DNA of 64,000 nt from Stegostoma tigrinum (Eukaryota), in the NCBI RefSeq assembly GCF_030684315.1, contig NC_081357.1:48285517-48349516 (forward strand), given 5' to 3'. The notes below the pieces were generated by a model, which was not told where the DNA came from, did no database searches, and was given only the letters and a program-made list of their open reading frames with translations. Each line of letters starts with the position of its first letter. The stretch's first letter is position 1. Positions 1-11,459 of this stretch are shown here, piece by piece. The position numbers were made by a program, and so were the translations under genes.

Positions 1-137
1 GTACAGTTATTCAGCTCAGCAATTAAAACAGACAGACAATGGACTTGCAAAGACAAAACTGTTTGTTGAAGCCCACTGAAAGATTGTCTCTTTAATCGTA
101 TAGGTTCACAGCAATGCAATTAGCATTCAACATGTTG

Positions 138-317
138 NNNNNNNNNNNNNNNNNNNNNNNNNNNNNNNNNNNNNNNNNNNNNNNNNNNNNNNNNNNNNNN
201 NNNNNNNNNNNNNNNNNNNNNNNNNNNNNNNNNNNNNNNNNNNNNNNNNNNNNNNNNNNNNNNNNNNNNNNNNNNNNNNNNNNNNNNNNNNNNNNNNNNN
301 NNNNNNNNNNNNNNNNN
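138..317. other. Assembly gap (180 N)
   Basis: Run of n characters. Confidence 1.
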
Positions 318-364
318 GTCAACTTCAGCTAGTAACAGCTGTGTTGTCTCCAAGGCAAGTAGTT

Positions 365-525
365 ACGAGCTGAAGTCCCACCTAAGAACTTGAGTAGATA
401 ATGCAGAAAGATACCTCTGTGCAGAACTGATGGAATGTTTTGCTGCTGAAAATGTCACCTTCCTGATGAAATCTTAAGTCAAAAGTGCCATTAGATCAGA
501 AAGACCCTAGGCATTTTCTTCAATG
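365..525 (+). mobile_element. Highly decayed Deu-domain SINE (SacSINE1/AmnSINE-like) fragment
   Basis: aagtcccacc..gaacttgagtagataatgcag..tgtgcagaactgatggaatg..tgtcaccttcctgatgaaatcttaag resembles my recollection of the DeuSINE head/core. Weaker fragments near 18470-18545 (-), 37640-37680 (-) and 52500-52640 (+). Confidence 0.45.
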
Positions 526-1967
526 CCGGGAAATTTACCAGAACACTACCAACTCAGAAATGTGACTGAACTGATAATTCAGATCCAAGCTAATGTTCTA
601 GGGACTTGGATTTTAATTTAATTGAATTATTTAAAAACACTTCACATCCAAAAGACATTAAAGCTTTTATACAAATAGAAATTATTCCCTTCATCATGGC
701 TTGAGCATTGGAACCATAACTTACTAGGTGATGTCATGGCACAAGAGTTATCAAACTTTTTCCACACGGTGGATATCCAAACTCAGCCAGTGATCAAGCA
801 GCTCTGCACAATTAAAAAGATATAGAAACAAAACCAGTGCCAGATATTTCCAGACACAGCCAACTATGCTGAAGGGTTCGGTAATTATCTTTGGCCTGTT
901 CTCATACTTATTGAGATGGCGTGTCAAAGAGACAAAAAAATGAAAATTTACCATATGTTACCTCATATTTAAGTACTGTGACTTTTAAGAATCACTCTTT
1001 TCCAGCAAGATTACATAACAAAGTAAATGATTGAGGATAAATAGGAAGAGTGACGTTTTTTAAAAAAAACAGAGGCTGAGGGCCCCGTTGACACTTTAGC
1101 ACCTCTACCTACTGGTCACAACTTCAAAGAAAAATAGTTTTTACCCGAGTTACCAAGATTGATCAATCAAGTTTCTTAGAAAGCACAATTATTGATTTAT
1201 CAAAGTAACACTTTGCAAATAAAAATATAACACTTGGTCAACATACACAGTCAGTAATAGAATTATAAATACTTTGTCTAAATTAGGCCTTCCTGAAGTA
1301 CTGGTCAGGAAGGGTCATGAGCTGAACTATTGTGATTCTGAACTCCAAACCAGCAATGGCTGACCCAAACTCTTGCCACCACCACTATTAGGTCTTCACC
1401 TCTCCACTGTTCACTGAGCAGTCACAATGATTTTCAAGCCTCAAGATTGGATCTCACAGTGAAAAATAAGTTTCGAAGCACTGATTTAATATCCCCTAAC
1501 TACATACAACCTCTTCAGGAAAGAAAAAGATTCATCTATAGAGATGGACTTTGTGAAAAACAAACACACACTGGGGTTCATTGGCAATGCTTGAACATAA
1601 AAAGGTGTGAAGTATAGCCTATTGTGGAGTCTGTTCCTGCGACACGTGGTTATATTAATAATCATTCACGGTTCTCTGAAGTCTTGCAGACACAGCTTGC
1701 TCAGGAAATACAAATCTTGTTATATGTTTCTTTAACCATTCTTTCAAAGCACCAAACAGGTTTAGCCCTAAACACACAACGTTCTTTCCAGAAAAGGAGA
1801 GATTGATCGGCTGAACAGCTTATTCCTAGCACATCTTCCTCCAATTCAGCTTTATTCCTCTATCCCACCCACCACCCCCAAAAACGAAAGAAAGAGCAGG
1901 CTCAGACCAAGGAAAGAAAACATCTTCCCCAATTTTTTTCCCTCAAAAGTTTCACAAAGCAATATTA

Positions 1968-2278
1968 GAACAGAACAGAAACCATACAGTGCAGAAACAG
2001 GCCGTTCAGCCCAACAAGTTCACACCAACCTTCCGAAGGGCACTCCTCCCAACCCATCCCCCTACCCTTTCCCAGTAATCTTACTTTTCTCATAGTTAAA
2101 CACACCTAAAACTACACATCCCTGAACATTGTGGACAATCCACCTAACTTGCAGTGTTTTGGATTGTGGGAGGAAACCCACACAGACTCGGAGAACGTGC
2201 AAACTTCACACAGACAATTGCCCGAGGGCAAAATGAACCCAACTCCCTGGTGCCGTGAGGCAGCAGTGCTAACCACCA
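1968..2278 (-). mobile_element. HE1-like tRNA-derived V-SINE
   Basis: Minus strand ggtggttagcactgctgcctcacggcaccagggagttgggttc (A/B boxes), V-domain tgtgtgaagtttgcacgttctcc..gtgggtttcctccc, and a CR1/HER1-type tail ending (tgttc)n. Confidence 0.85.
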
Positions 2279-2590
2279 AGTCATTCTTACATAGCATCAC
2301 ACAAACAAGACATGTTAGAAATGCAATCAAATTATAAACTTGAACCTCATCAACTATTCCGTTGCACCAAATCGGTCTGTCGCCAAACAGTACACAGAGC
2401 ATCAACTTGCAGAACAGAACCAGTATGTCAACACAGAAAAACAATTTATTTTATTTTAGAAAAAAAAAGTGTTCTGTGGACCTTTTAACCAATTTATGAT
2501 CCTGAAATACTTTTGTCCGTAAACTCTCCTTGTGGAAGGACGTCATTGCCACATTTACAAGTATTTGTTAGATAGCGATAGGAATATTCA

Positions 2591-2813
2591 CAAGATAGTA
2601 GGAACTGCCGATGCTGGAGAATCCGAGATAACAAGGTGTAGAGCTGGCTGAACACAACAGGCCAAGCAGCAGAGGAGCAGGAAGGCTGATGTTTCGGGTT
2701 GACATCCTTCTTTCCGTGATTTTGAAGAAGGATCCAGACCCAAAATGTCAGTTTTCCTGCTCCTCTGAACACAGCAGGCAAAGCAGCATCATCGAGCTCG
2801 ACACCTTGTTATC
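2591..2813. mobile_element. PLE family P1 foldback mini-element, both HHRs degenerate
   Basis: Inverted arms centred near 2712. Perfect 12-bp TSD taggaatattca at 2579-2590 and 2814-2825. Confidence 0.85.
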
Positions 2814-4877
2814 TAGGAATATTCAAGTGTGTTTTAGGTCCCTTTGTATCATACTGAAATGATTTTAACAAATTGCATGACAAAGGGAATACAATATTTT
2901 TGTCAACTATGTTAGGAAAGTGAATGAGAAACTAATAGCTTAAAAAACTGCAACCAAATGCTGCCTCAACATTAATTACGTTTCATTCTGGTTTCTTCGG
3001 CTGTTGTGACCAAATACTTGAAACGCAAAATATCTACAGCAATTCTATCGCACCAGTCTTTTGTCTCATTGAATGTTTAGCTTGCAATCTATCAACCTTT
3101 CATTCACAATTACCTTGGAATTTTCTTCAACTTTTAATGATTAGCTTCTGCAGAAGCTATCTAAAGAAGGGCATATAAAATCACAGGAACAACCTCTGGG
3201 CATTTTTTTAAAAAAAGAGAGTGGTTTTAAAAAGGAAACCTTATTTTTGTTTAAAAGTCACCTTTCTAATCATCCTTCCTTCCACCCATCCTGGAAAGGC
3301 ACTGACCTACACACTCAGCACAGTTCCAGAGAACCAACTGCCCTCTGATATGCTTGGCTGTGTATGCCACACTTTTACCTTATCCACTTTCAGCGTTCAT
3401 TTCTAGAAATGACAACTGAATAGCAGCTGCTGTATAGTAGCAACCTTGACATATATTCCCTCCCCAACACCAGGCATACCAAGCCTGAATTTGGCGAACG
3501 TCCTTGTCAAACATCTACCTTGCAGATTAAATTGCAACTTTATTCATTACCATTGTTTAAAAACATGCAAACTATTTTTCTACATGTTTTAACTTCTTAG
3601 CTAATCTTTTAGAGTATACTGCATTTCTTGCAAACTAAAAACTTCAAGCATTCACTGTTAGAGAATAATAATGCAAGGTAGCAATGTTGTAACAAAGAAA
3701 TCCAATAGGAGGTAGGGAAAGTGCGCAATAGGAATTTGAAACTCACAGCGAGTGAGCAAAATCAAAACAGCCGAGGTGCACTAAAAGGGGAACTAGACAA
3801 GGCATTTGAGGAAATAAATGGGTGCAATCATACATTTAGCTAGAAAGCATGCAAGGGAGGTTAAGTGTAGCATAAACATTAACCGGTCGCCCGTTTGTCC
3901 CATGTATGCATAGAGCACTTTGGAAAATTAGCTAGACACAACTGCAACTTCAACTCTGTCACCATTTTATCCCCCACTTCAAAGTGAATATTACCCACTA
4001 TAATTCTTAGCATTAATCAACTGGCTTGCTTCCAGGTTTTGTACAACAGTTGAATAAACTTAATATACTGAAAGAAAATTTATAACTTGCAGCCAGTGTT
4101 ACGCAATGGAGAGACATACAGTATTTATAGAGCAGATAGCTGTCAATGATTAGGCCCAAAACACACACCTTTAAAAAATAAGCAACTAATTTGATTTCAT
4201 ATTTCTATATTTTTCAGCACAATTACAAAATGTTAACAATAACCAGATATTGGGAATTAATCTATTTTTATTCTTTGGAACAGGCTATCAGCTATTGAAT
4301 CATACTTCTTAGTATTATTTTGGCTTATAGACAGGGAAGTGAAATGCAGAACACCACCAGTGTTCACAACTGCATCTAACGTCAGTAACTCCCAGTTACT
4401 GCCAAGATCAGCGGTCTCCAACCTGAAGTTCAAGTGTGATCCGGAGGTTAGTGAAACCGAGGATCTACTCCAGGAAAATACACAATACAAGTTTTTTTTT
4501 CCCAGATTTATAAATCTAAAACCAAACAGACATAATTAATCTTTTTTCCTCTGCTTGCCAACCCTCAAATATGACTCAGGCAACTGCACATTATCTGCCA
4601 TTACCTTGAAGTCTCAGTTGTAGCTCAAGGTTGCAAGTGGTGTCCAGTCCAACAAATGGTTTTGACAGGGCAGTGCAATACTTGGGCCTGATAGTCTTCA
4701 TTTGAAGACTGTCTTAAAAAGTTGGAGTCAAAAGGAAACTTTCATTGTAAAAGCACATGATGATAGAAAGGGCTATTTTGCAGTGTTTACATGTCCCCAA
4801 TTAAAAAATGAACCTTGACCTGACTTTTGGCTTAACATAATTATGTATAATTATTAACTGTATCTCAATATTGTTTC

Positions 4878-4953
4878 ATTAACTTGTTCTGACACATGCC
4901 AGCAGGTGAGACTTGAACTGGAGTCTCCTGGCCTTGAGGCAGGGACATTACCA
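4878..4953 (-). mobile_element. Short tRNA-derived SINE fragment
   Basis: Minus strand tggtaatgtccctgcctc..ccaggagactccagttcaagtc..gaacaagttaa. Related copies at about 14770-14848 (+), 14915-15020 (+) and 49335-49440 (-). Confidence 0.55.
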
Positions 4954-6149
4954 ATATATCTTATCTCCATCCAAATCCCCTTTATAAATGGAATTCAACA
5001 GCCACCCCAATGTCAACGTGAAGGAATGTATTTGAAAATTTTTTTTCTTCACATCTAACTCTCACATTGCTTGTTGAATTCCTCTAACATCCATTCTTGT
5101 GTTTAGATGTCTTTGGGTGGTACCATTTTCCTTTTCTTTCCGCTAGCATTTTCTTGACTCAGGAAGTGCTGCACTATTTTTAAAATTATTGTGAGGACCA
5201 CAAACAGTTTCAATTTGAATGCATGCACAACTCTATGCAGATGTGCTAAATCTTTGTCTTTTCTCTACAGTTCACACTTGAGCTTGTTCAGTTTCTTGGG
5301 AAACCAAAGTCAAGCAACAATGCATTACCCAAAAGCTCAATGCACACTTAATTGATTTAAGAAAGTGAATTTCAAGCACTAAATACAAAAATCTTCAAAA
5401 CCTTACCTAACCTTAACCCTCACATCTGCATGGAAGATTCATTAATCATAGGAAATATCTATAACTTTACTCATTAATGCTTTCTGATCGATTAGACTAA
5501 GGTAATTGACAGAAGGAGAGAAATCAGGAGCCTTACTGCAAAACACATCAAAAACAAATGCACTTGCACCAACCATGGCTGGTGCACTATCAACTGTGGT
5601 GGAAACAAGTTTCTCCACTGGTTTTTCTCAAGCACATTTTGAATTCTTTGCAGAGATCCTCACCTTTTAGGGTGCAAAAGGGTGAGAAAATCCTAAGTTA
5701 TGTCCTTAAAAAGCACTCCTGCAAAAACGGTTGGACTACTTCAGTCACTTTGATGGATTCACTGAACTGCAGTAAGCAGCATTCAGTGTGCTTCAGGCCC
5801 TGTTGCAGTTGTTGCATGTTGTTGTATGCTGTTTTAGGACAAAGATTCCACTCATCTTGCTACTGTTGACCATAAACTGCAGAAAGTTGTGTTCACAGCC
5901 CAGACTATCAAAGCCAAACTTTCAACCACGGACTCTATTTATAACTCTCGTTGCAGAAAAGTTGCCAAAACCATCGAAGACCATAGCCCGCCGCCCACCC
6001 CACAAACTCTGGTATGTTCCACTATAACTCCTGAGGCAGAAGATACAGAAGCTTGAACACATGCACCAACAGGTTCAAGAACAGGTTCTTCCCTTAATAC
6101 GCTGCTGAATAGATTCTCAAGATCAACATTATTTGAAGTTAATGTCATT

Positions 6150-6415
6150 CACCTCCTGTGTAGTGTCACCTGTATGCCTCACTAAGCACCTTATGATCTG
6201 AATGAGATCGTAAGAACTGCCGATGTTGGAGTCCTAGATAACAGTGTGGAGCTAGAGGAGCACAACAGGCCAGGCAGCATTAGAGGAGCAGGAAAGTGGA
6301 TGTTTCGGGTCAGGGCCTTTGACCTGAATGTCCTTGCTTACTACGATCCACCTGTGCTGCTCGCAAACAAAGCTTTCACTGTACTTAGGTACATGTGAGT
6401 GCAATAAAGCAAATA
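6150..6415 (+). mobile_element. Rex1/Babar-like LINE 3' end, interrupted by a P1 insert
   Basis: 3' tail caaacaaagctttcactgtacttaggtacatgtga..caataaagcaaat, typical of Rex1-type elements. Confidence 0.5.
6205..6319 (-). mobile_element. PLE P1 monomer, 5' end inside the HHR core
   Basis: Homologous to 61411-61534. TSD tgatctgaatg (6194-6204) / tgacctgaatg (6320-6330), 1 mismatch. Confidence 0.75.
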
Positions 6416-7524
6416 TTTGACAGGAGGAAGAATTTGAGAGCAATTGTAAACACCAAAAGGAAAATGTGGTTAAACTGAGGATACAGGAATGAAATCCACA
6501 ATGACAATGCTCACAAAAAAATACAAACATAGTGAGCAGGCAAAGGAATCTTAAGAGGCTGATGCAAGGCATGAGGCCAGCTGTGGCGCAAGAAAACATT
6601 GGTAACTGGAATGGACATGATTGCAGTGCTTCATCTCCAGACTACGGCAGTAAGATCACACTTGTCAGTTTCCAGGCTAATCACAGACGGTCGATGGGAT
6701 GTTGCAGAACACCCATCATAGATTTAATGAATTAATTGAAGGGACTTCAGCAGGGGTCTGAATGGCTGAATAGCTTCTTGGTCCTTCAACAGTACAGGGA
6801 TGGAAAGCTCTGTCTGATGCTTTGGGGTCCTACTGCAGTGATTTGAAGAACAAAAAGTAAAGTGACGCGTGTCAAGGACTGAAGGCAGAACCAAACCCCT
6901 CAAATGAAATCAGGCGTGGATGGAAGTGAGCTGCATGAAGCTTGGTCTCTCAGACTGGGAAATAGCATCCCAAGATGTTCAATAAGATCAACAAGGCATG
7001 ACAGGCAAAAGGTACAGCACTTCATGTGCCATGTCAAGCATGACAGCAGTAGCCTCACACCAAGATGGAGAGAACCCAATTCGGTTCCCTCTTATAATGT
7101 ATCCAAGCTACAGATGATGCATTCTCACAGTGTGATAATGTGACTCTAATACTTGCCAAACACCTGCAATGACCATGAAAGCCTCAGTTAATCATCTATT
7201 GATGATTTTAGTTGCTTACCTGACTGCTCCATGGTTGTTCCCTGCCCACTTGCATGGTAACCTTCCGAAGTGGGCAGAAAACAGGCACTTTTCAGGGCTT
7301 CCAACACCCATGCCCATGCTGGCCTCCATTCCTTCCATTCCCCAACTTTGCAGCTAAATCATTGTTAGGGTGTCTGAAAAATTGTATTTCTTGCATATCA
7401 CAAGAGTTTGAGACAATGGAATCCATTCACGAATTTCAGTGGAGTGAAATACCAAATTCGCTTGAATCATTAGTTAGTGATCTCACTTACTATTTGAGCA
7501 ATCTACCATAAGATGAGGAAGGCC

Positions 7525-7770
7525 ATTTGATAAAATGATAAAACAATTTCTTCATTCATAGTGGTGAGCTTGTGGAATTCTCTACCACAGAAAGCAATCG
7601 AGGCCAAAACAGCAAATATTTGAGAAGTCAGACATAGCCCTTCGGCCAAAAGGGGTCAAAGGAAGAAAGCAGGATCAGGATACAGAATTGGATGATCAGC
7701 CACAATCCTATTGAATGGTGGAGCAGGCACAAGCAACGAATGGCCTACTCCTGTTCCTATTTTCTATGAC
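7525..7770 (+). mobile_element. CR1/HER1 LINE 3' end
   Basis: aatttcttcattca..gtggtgagcttgtggaattctctaccacag..gatgatcagccacaatcctattgaatggtggagcaggc..gaatggcctactcctgttcctatttt, the same tail type as 46476-46560 (reverse). Confidence 0.8.
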
Positions 7771-8769
7771 TACGTATGTGATCTAGAATATGCACATAAG
7801 CTGCCATATTTACATTTAATTCAAAAAAAGCTAAAGAGGCACACAAGGGCAAGGAAGATAATTATGTAGATGTGGGATTGAAGAAGTCTGGGTCTACTTT
7901 GTCAGATGCCATCATTCCTTAAATACATTTATTATATGCCAGGTCTGTAAGCGTTCTAATGTTTGTTTCATGTGCTATGTATTTTAACAAAAACAAAAAA
8001 GAGTCAGGCAAAAATGTAAATATCTCTTCAGTTGTTTTGGGCTGGCTGCCTTTTTTCTGACTTTTCTAATATGTACCATAAATTTATTTTTACCTGAAGT
8101 TGTATAATTACTTAGTTAAATCTCGTCATTTTAGTCTCTGTAAAGCAATTAGTGCACAAAATCTCAAAGTAAGTGGAAGAACTGGTTTAAACATGTACAT
8201 TTCAAGATGATTACAATTTTCTTTACAAAAGGAAACATTAAGCAAGTCACTTGAAATAAAAAAATGACAAATGCCAATTTTCACACTTTTTGATTTGCAA
8301 TGTACAAAAGTTGCTCCATCAACCTATCAAGCCACATAAGAAAACTCCACTACAAAAATTTCCCCATGCTCTTATAATGAGGCCTTCTCCCTTGAAAGGG
8401 CCTTCTCCCATCTCATGAAATCAGTAAAACTACTGATAACTCAAAACCACAAACTCAAAACCTGACATTCAGCAGCAAGTTGTAGAAATAAGGAACCAGT
8501 GTACAGGTAGTGGGACACAGAATCCAGGCCAATGCTTTAGAATTCTCCTAGATACAGTGAACAGTAGTTGCACTAATATTCAGAAACATGATGCAATTAA
8601 CACATTTTGTAATCATAAATCAATTAACCCAGAAACAATCGTTTGCTTTAAACAGAAAACTATTGAAGAAAGTGGCACATCTTCAGCCACTTCAAACATC
8701 AGTATAGGGTGAGGGAAGTGTAGAAATCAGACGAAGTTGAAGCTGAGCTTGACTTCAGTACAAGGGACA

Positions 8770-9380
8770 ATGCTATAAAAAGGTACTTGGGGAACACAAG
8801 AGGGGATGCAGTTTTATGAAGGGGGGGGTCACATTATACAGATCTGTTTTATTTTTGAGGGTGTAATGAGCATTGCAGTGAAGGATGAAGCAGTGGATGC
8901 AGCGTATTTGGATCTTTGAAAGGCTTTACCATCAGGTGGTATAAAAACAAGACTGTCACACAACCTTAAAACTCATGGATAGTGGCAATATTAGCCCAAG
9001 ATACATTAGATTGGGTTGAGGATCGATTAAAGGACAAAAAATTAGCAAGAATTAACAGACTTTTGGATTGACGGGCCATGAAACATTGCAAACCAGTTGG
9101 CTGGGCTTGTGATGTGGCAACCTCTGAAACGTTGCACAGTATTCCCAGAGTTATCAACTGCTTTACTGCAGGCGTGAACAAACATTCACTAGATCAATCG
9201 CGAGGATGATAGCATTGTCCTATGAGGACAGAGAGATTAAATAGAATGGTCTGAGGTACTATTGGGTTTAGGTGCATGAGGTGATCAGTGAAACAAAGTT
9301 CTGAAAAGACTTGTCAAACTGGATGCCAAAAGACTATCACCTGGAGAATACTGACAGAAAGCAGCGTTGTAGTTTCAGGG
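8770..9380 (+). mobile_element. Decayed CR1 RT fragments
   Basis: gcagtggatgcagcgtatttggatctttgaaaggcttt is a VDxxYLDFxKAF relic, followed by tgtcctatgaggacagagagattaaatagaatgg. Confidence 0.6.
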
Positions 9381-9490
9381 TAGATGCTGGAGAATCTGAG
9401 ATAACAAGGTGTAGAGCTGGATGAACACAGCAGGCCAAGCAGCAGCAAAGGAGCAGGAAAGCTGACATTTTGGGTCAAGACCCTTCAGAA
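9381..9490 (-). mobile_element. PLE P1 monomer with degenerate HHR (3-nt core deletion)
   Basis: agatgctggagaatctgagataacaagg..gctgacattttgggtcaagacccttcagaa, homologous to the other P1 copies. Confidence 0.8.
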
Positions 9491-9501
9491 AGGATTAGGC
9501 A

Positions 9502-9925
9502 TGGATGTGAGTTTGCTCGCTGAGCTGGAAGGTTAGTTTTCAGACGTTTCGTCACCATTCTAGGTAACATCATCAGTGAGCCTCTGACGAAGCGCTGGTG
9601 TTATGTCCCGCTTTCTATTTATCTGGTTAGGTTTCCTTGGGTTGGTGATGTCATTTCCTGTTCTTTTTCTCAGGGGATGGTAGATTGGCTCCAAATCTGT
9701 GTTGGATCTACCATCCCCTGAGAAAAAGAACAGGAAATGACATCACCAACCCAAGGAAACCTAACCAGATAAATAGAAAGCGGGACATAACACCAGCGCT
9801 TCATCGAAGGCTCACTGATGTTACCTAGAATGGTGATGAAACGTCTGAAAACTAACCTTCCAGCTCAGCGAGCAAACACACACCCAGAACCTCAACCTGA
9901 GCTACAAATCTTCTCAAAACTCGCT
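9502..9925. mobile_element. PLE family P2 foldback element
   Basis: Near-perfect inverted arms 9502-9685 and 9706-9886, a 20-nt spacer and a ~39-nt tail on the right arm only. TSD aggattaggca(tg) 9491-9503 / aggattcggca(tg) 9926-9938. Confidence 0.9.
9540..9579 (-). ncRNA. Minimal type-I hammerhead ribozyme motif, intact core (P2)
   Basis: Minus strand tca-CTGATGA-t-GTTACC-tagaat-GGTGAC-GAAAC-GTC-tga: complete core, 6-bp stem II (one G-U), 3-bp stem I (UCA/UGA), palindromic ACGU stem III, GUC cleavage triplet. Activity is not shown. Confidence 0.8.
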
Positions 9926-10169
9926 AGGATTCGGCATGTTCACTCTACCAAGACTGGCAGATTTTTATTGCAAGAAGATAGTGAGAGGTACTGCATTTGA
10001 AGTAGATAAGGTTCGCAGTGCCATTTACCACACAGCTCTAACAGAGTGCTGGTGATGCAATGCTGCTTTCCTGTTACAACCACTCTCACTGATGCAATTC
10101 TGCTTTGCTCCACCTTGAGGCGGCCACAAGGCAAAGCTGATTGACAAGACTGAACCATTTCTGACCCAG

Positions 10170-10640
10170 AAACAGGCCCATTTGGCAGAATCAGACTATG
10201 CCAGCTTCTTCTTCTGTGCCTCCTCCCATCTTTCCTCATCTAAACTAGCCATCCATAACCGGTTATTTCCTTCTGTCTCACATTTGACTAACTTCCCTTT
10301 AAATGCATTTGTACCATTCACTGCAAGCATTCTCTATCAGTGAGTTCCACATTCCCGCAGATCTCTTGCGTTACGTTTCATTTGAATATTTTCCTCAATT
10401 TCTGGTGATTCTCTTGTATCAATGGCTTCTAGTCACGCTCTGCCCAAGAAATGAAAACATTCTCTCTGTATTCACTATCAAAACCTATCAGAAACTTAAA
10501 AGCGTCAATTAGGTGACTCCTCAGTCTTTGTTCCAAAAATAATAAACACAGAAGTCTTTTTATCTTGCCCTGACGTATACCCATTAATCACAAAATCAAC
10601 CTTACAAATCTTCTCTGCACCTTCTCCAATATATGTTCAT
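10170..10640 (-). mobile_element. Decayed CR1 LINE 3' portion
   Basis: gaaacaggcccatttggc tail; gtgagttccacattccc; aaccttacaaatcttctctgcaccttctccaat (LEKVQRRFVRLI on the minus strand). Confidence 0.65.
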
Positions 10641-11066
10641 AACTTATTTGTAACACCGTTACCAGAGAAGTGTTACCAAGTGTTACCAGAACTGAGAAAG
10701 TGCAACAATGAGGCAACACTGGACATGTAGGGTTGTTTTCCTTTGAGCAGAGGAGACTTAACAAGATGTAATTGCCATTTATAATTTTGTGGGGGACCAA
10801 GGTAGAGTGGATAGTTGGGGAAGGGCCTGCTTATTTAGCAGAGTGGTCAGTTACCTATCGGATATAGATTTAACGCTTCTTCACTTTCAAATCAAAGATA
10901 GTACACAAACTAGTAACATTGTTCAATCCTTCATTCACAGTCAACACAATTCAATGACACATTGAACACACATTCCACTCGATTGTTGTGGAGATCATCA
11001 TCATCATCCCCCCCCCCCCCCCCCCCCCGCTATACTTGGTTTGCGTGGATGTAGCGCAATCTCAGT

Positions 11067-11325
11067 CCAGCTCTGAAGTCTGCCACTGGCCAAAATGGAC
11101 GAATAATGCAATATTGACAAATTGAAAGAAGCCAGGTTCACTGACCTGCTTGGCTTGCTACACTTGGCCTGTTGTGTTCAACCAGCTCTGCACAGTGTTA
11201 TCTCAGGTTCACTGACCACCTTGTTTAACCTAGGTGACAACAAAATTGTTCCCATGTTACTTCAGTGTCCACCTGAAGGTGGCAACAGAAGCCAAATCAA
11301 AAGACAGAAGGCAGCTTTGAGCATA
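11067..11325. repeat. Unclassified dispersed repeat, copy A (carries a P1 insert at 11147-11203)
   Basis: Collinear, same-orientation homolog of 56883-57208. The first 34 nt are identical (ccagctctgaagtctgccactggccaaaatggac). Confidence 0.9.
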
Positions 11326-11459
11326 TTTTGGGTGTTCAGGAGGGGTGCCTGGAGCTCCTTGCCTTGCCTGGCTTGAAAGTGTGAACAGATTCAGAAAGCC
11401 TCAATTAATTTATAAAAGGTAACTGAACATGTGCCTCAAATGCCTTAACCCGCTGAGTG

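Noticed and set aside
92-353. ORFs spanning the N run
   Set aside because: Artifacts of the assembly gap.
2230-2278. tRNA gene-like A/B boxes (also near 38720, 22160 and 53310)
   Set aside because: These are SINE heads with no complete cloverleaf.
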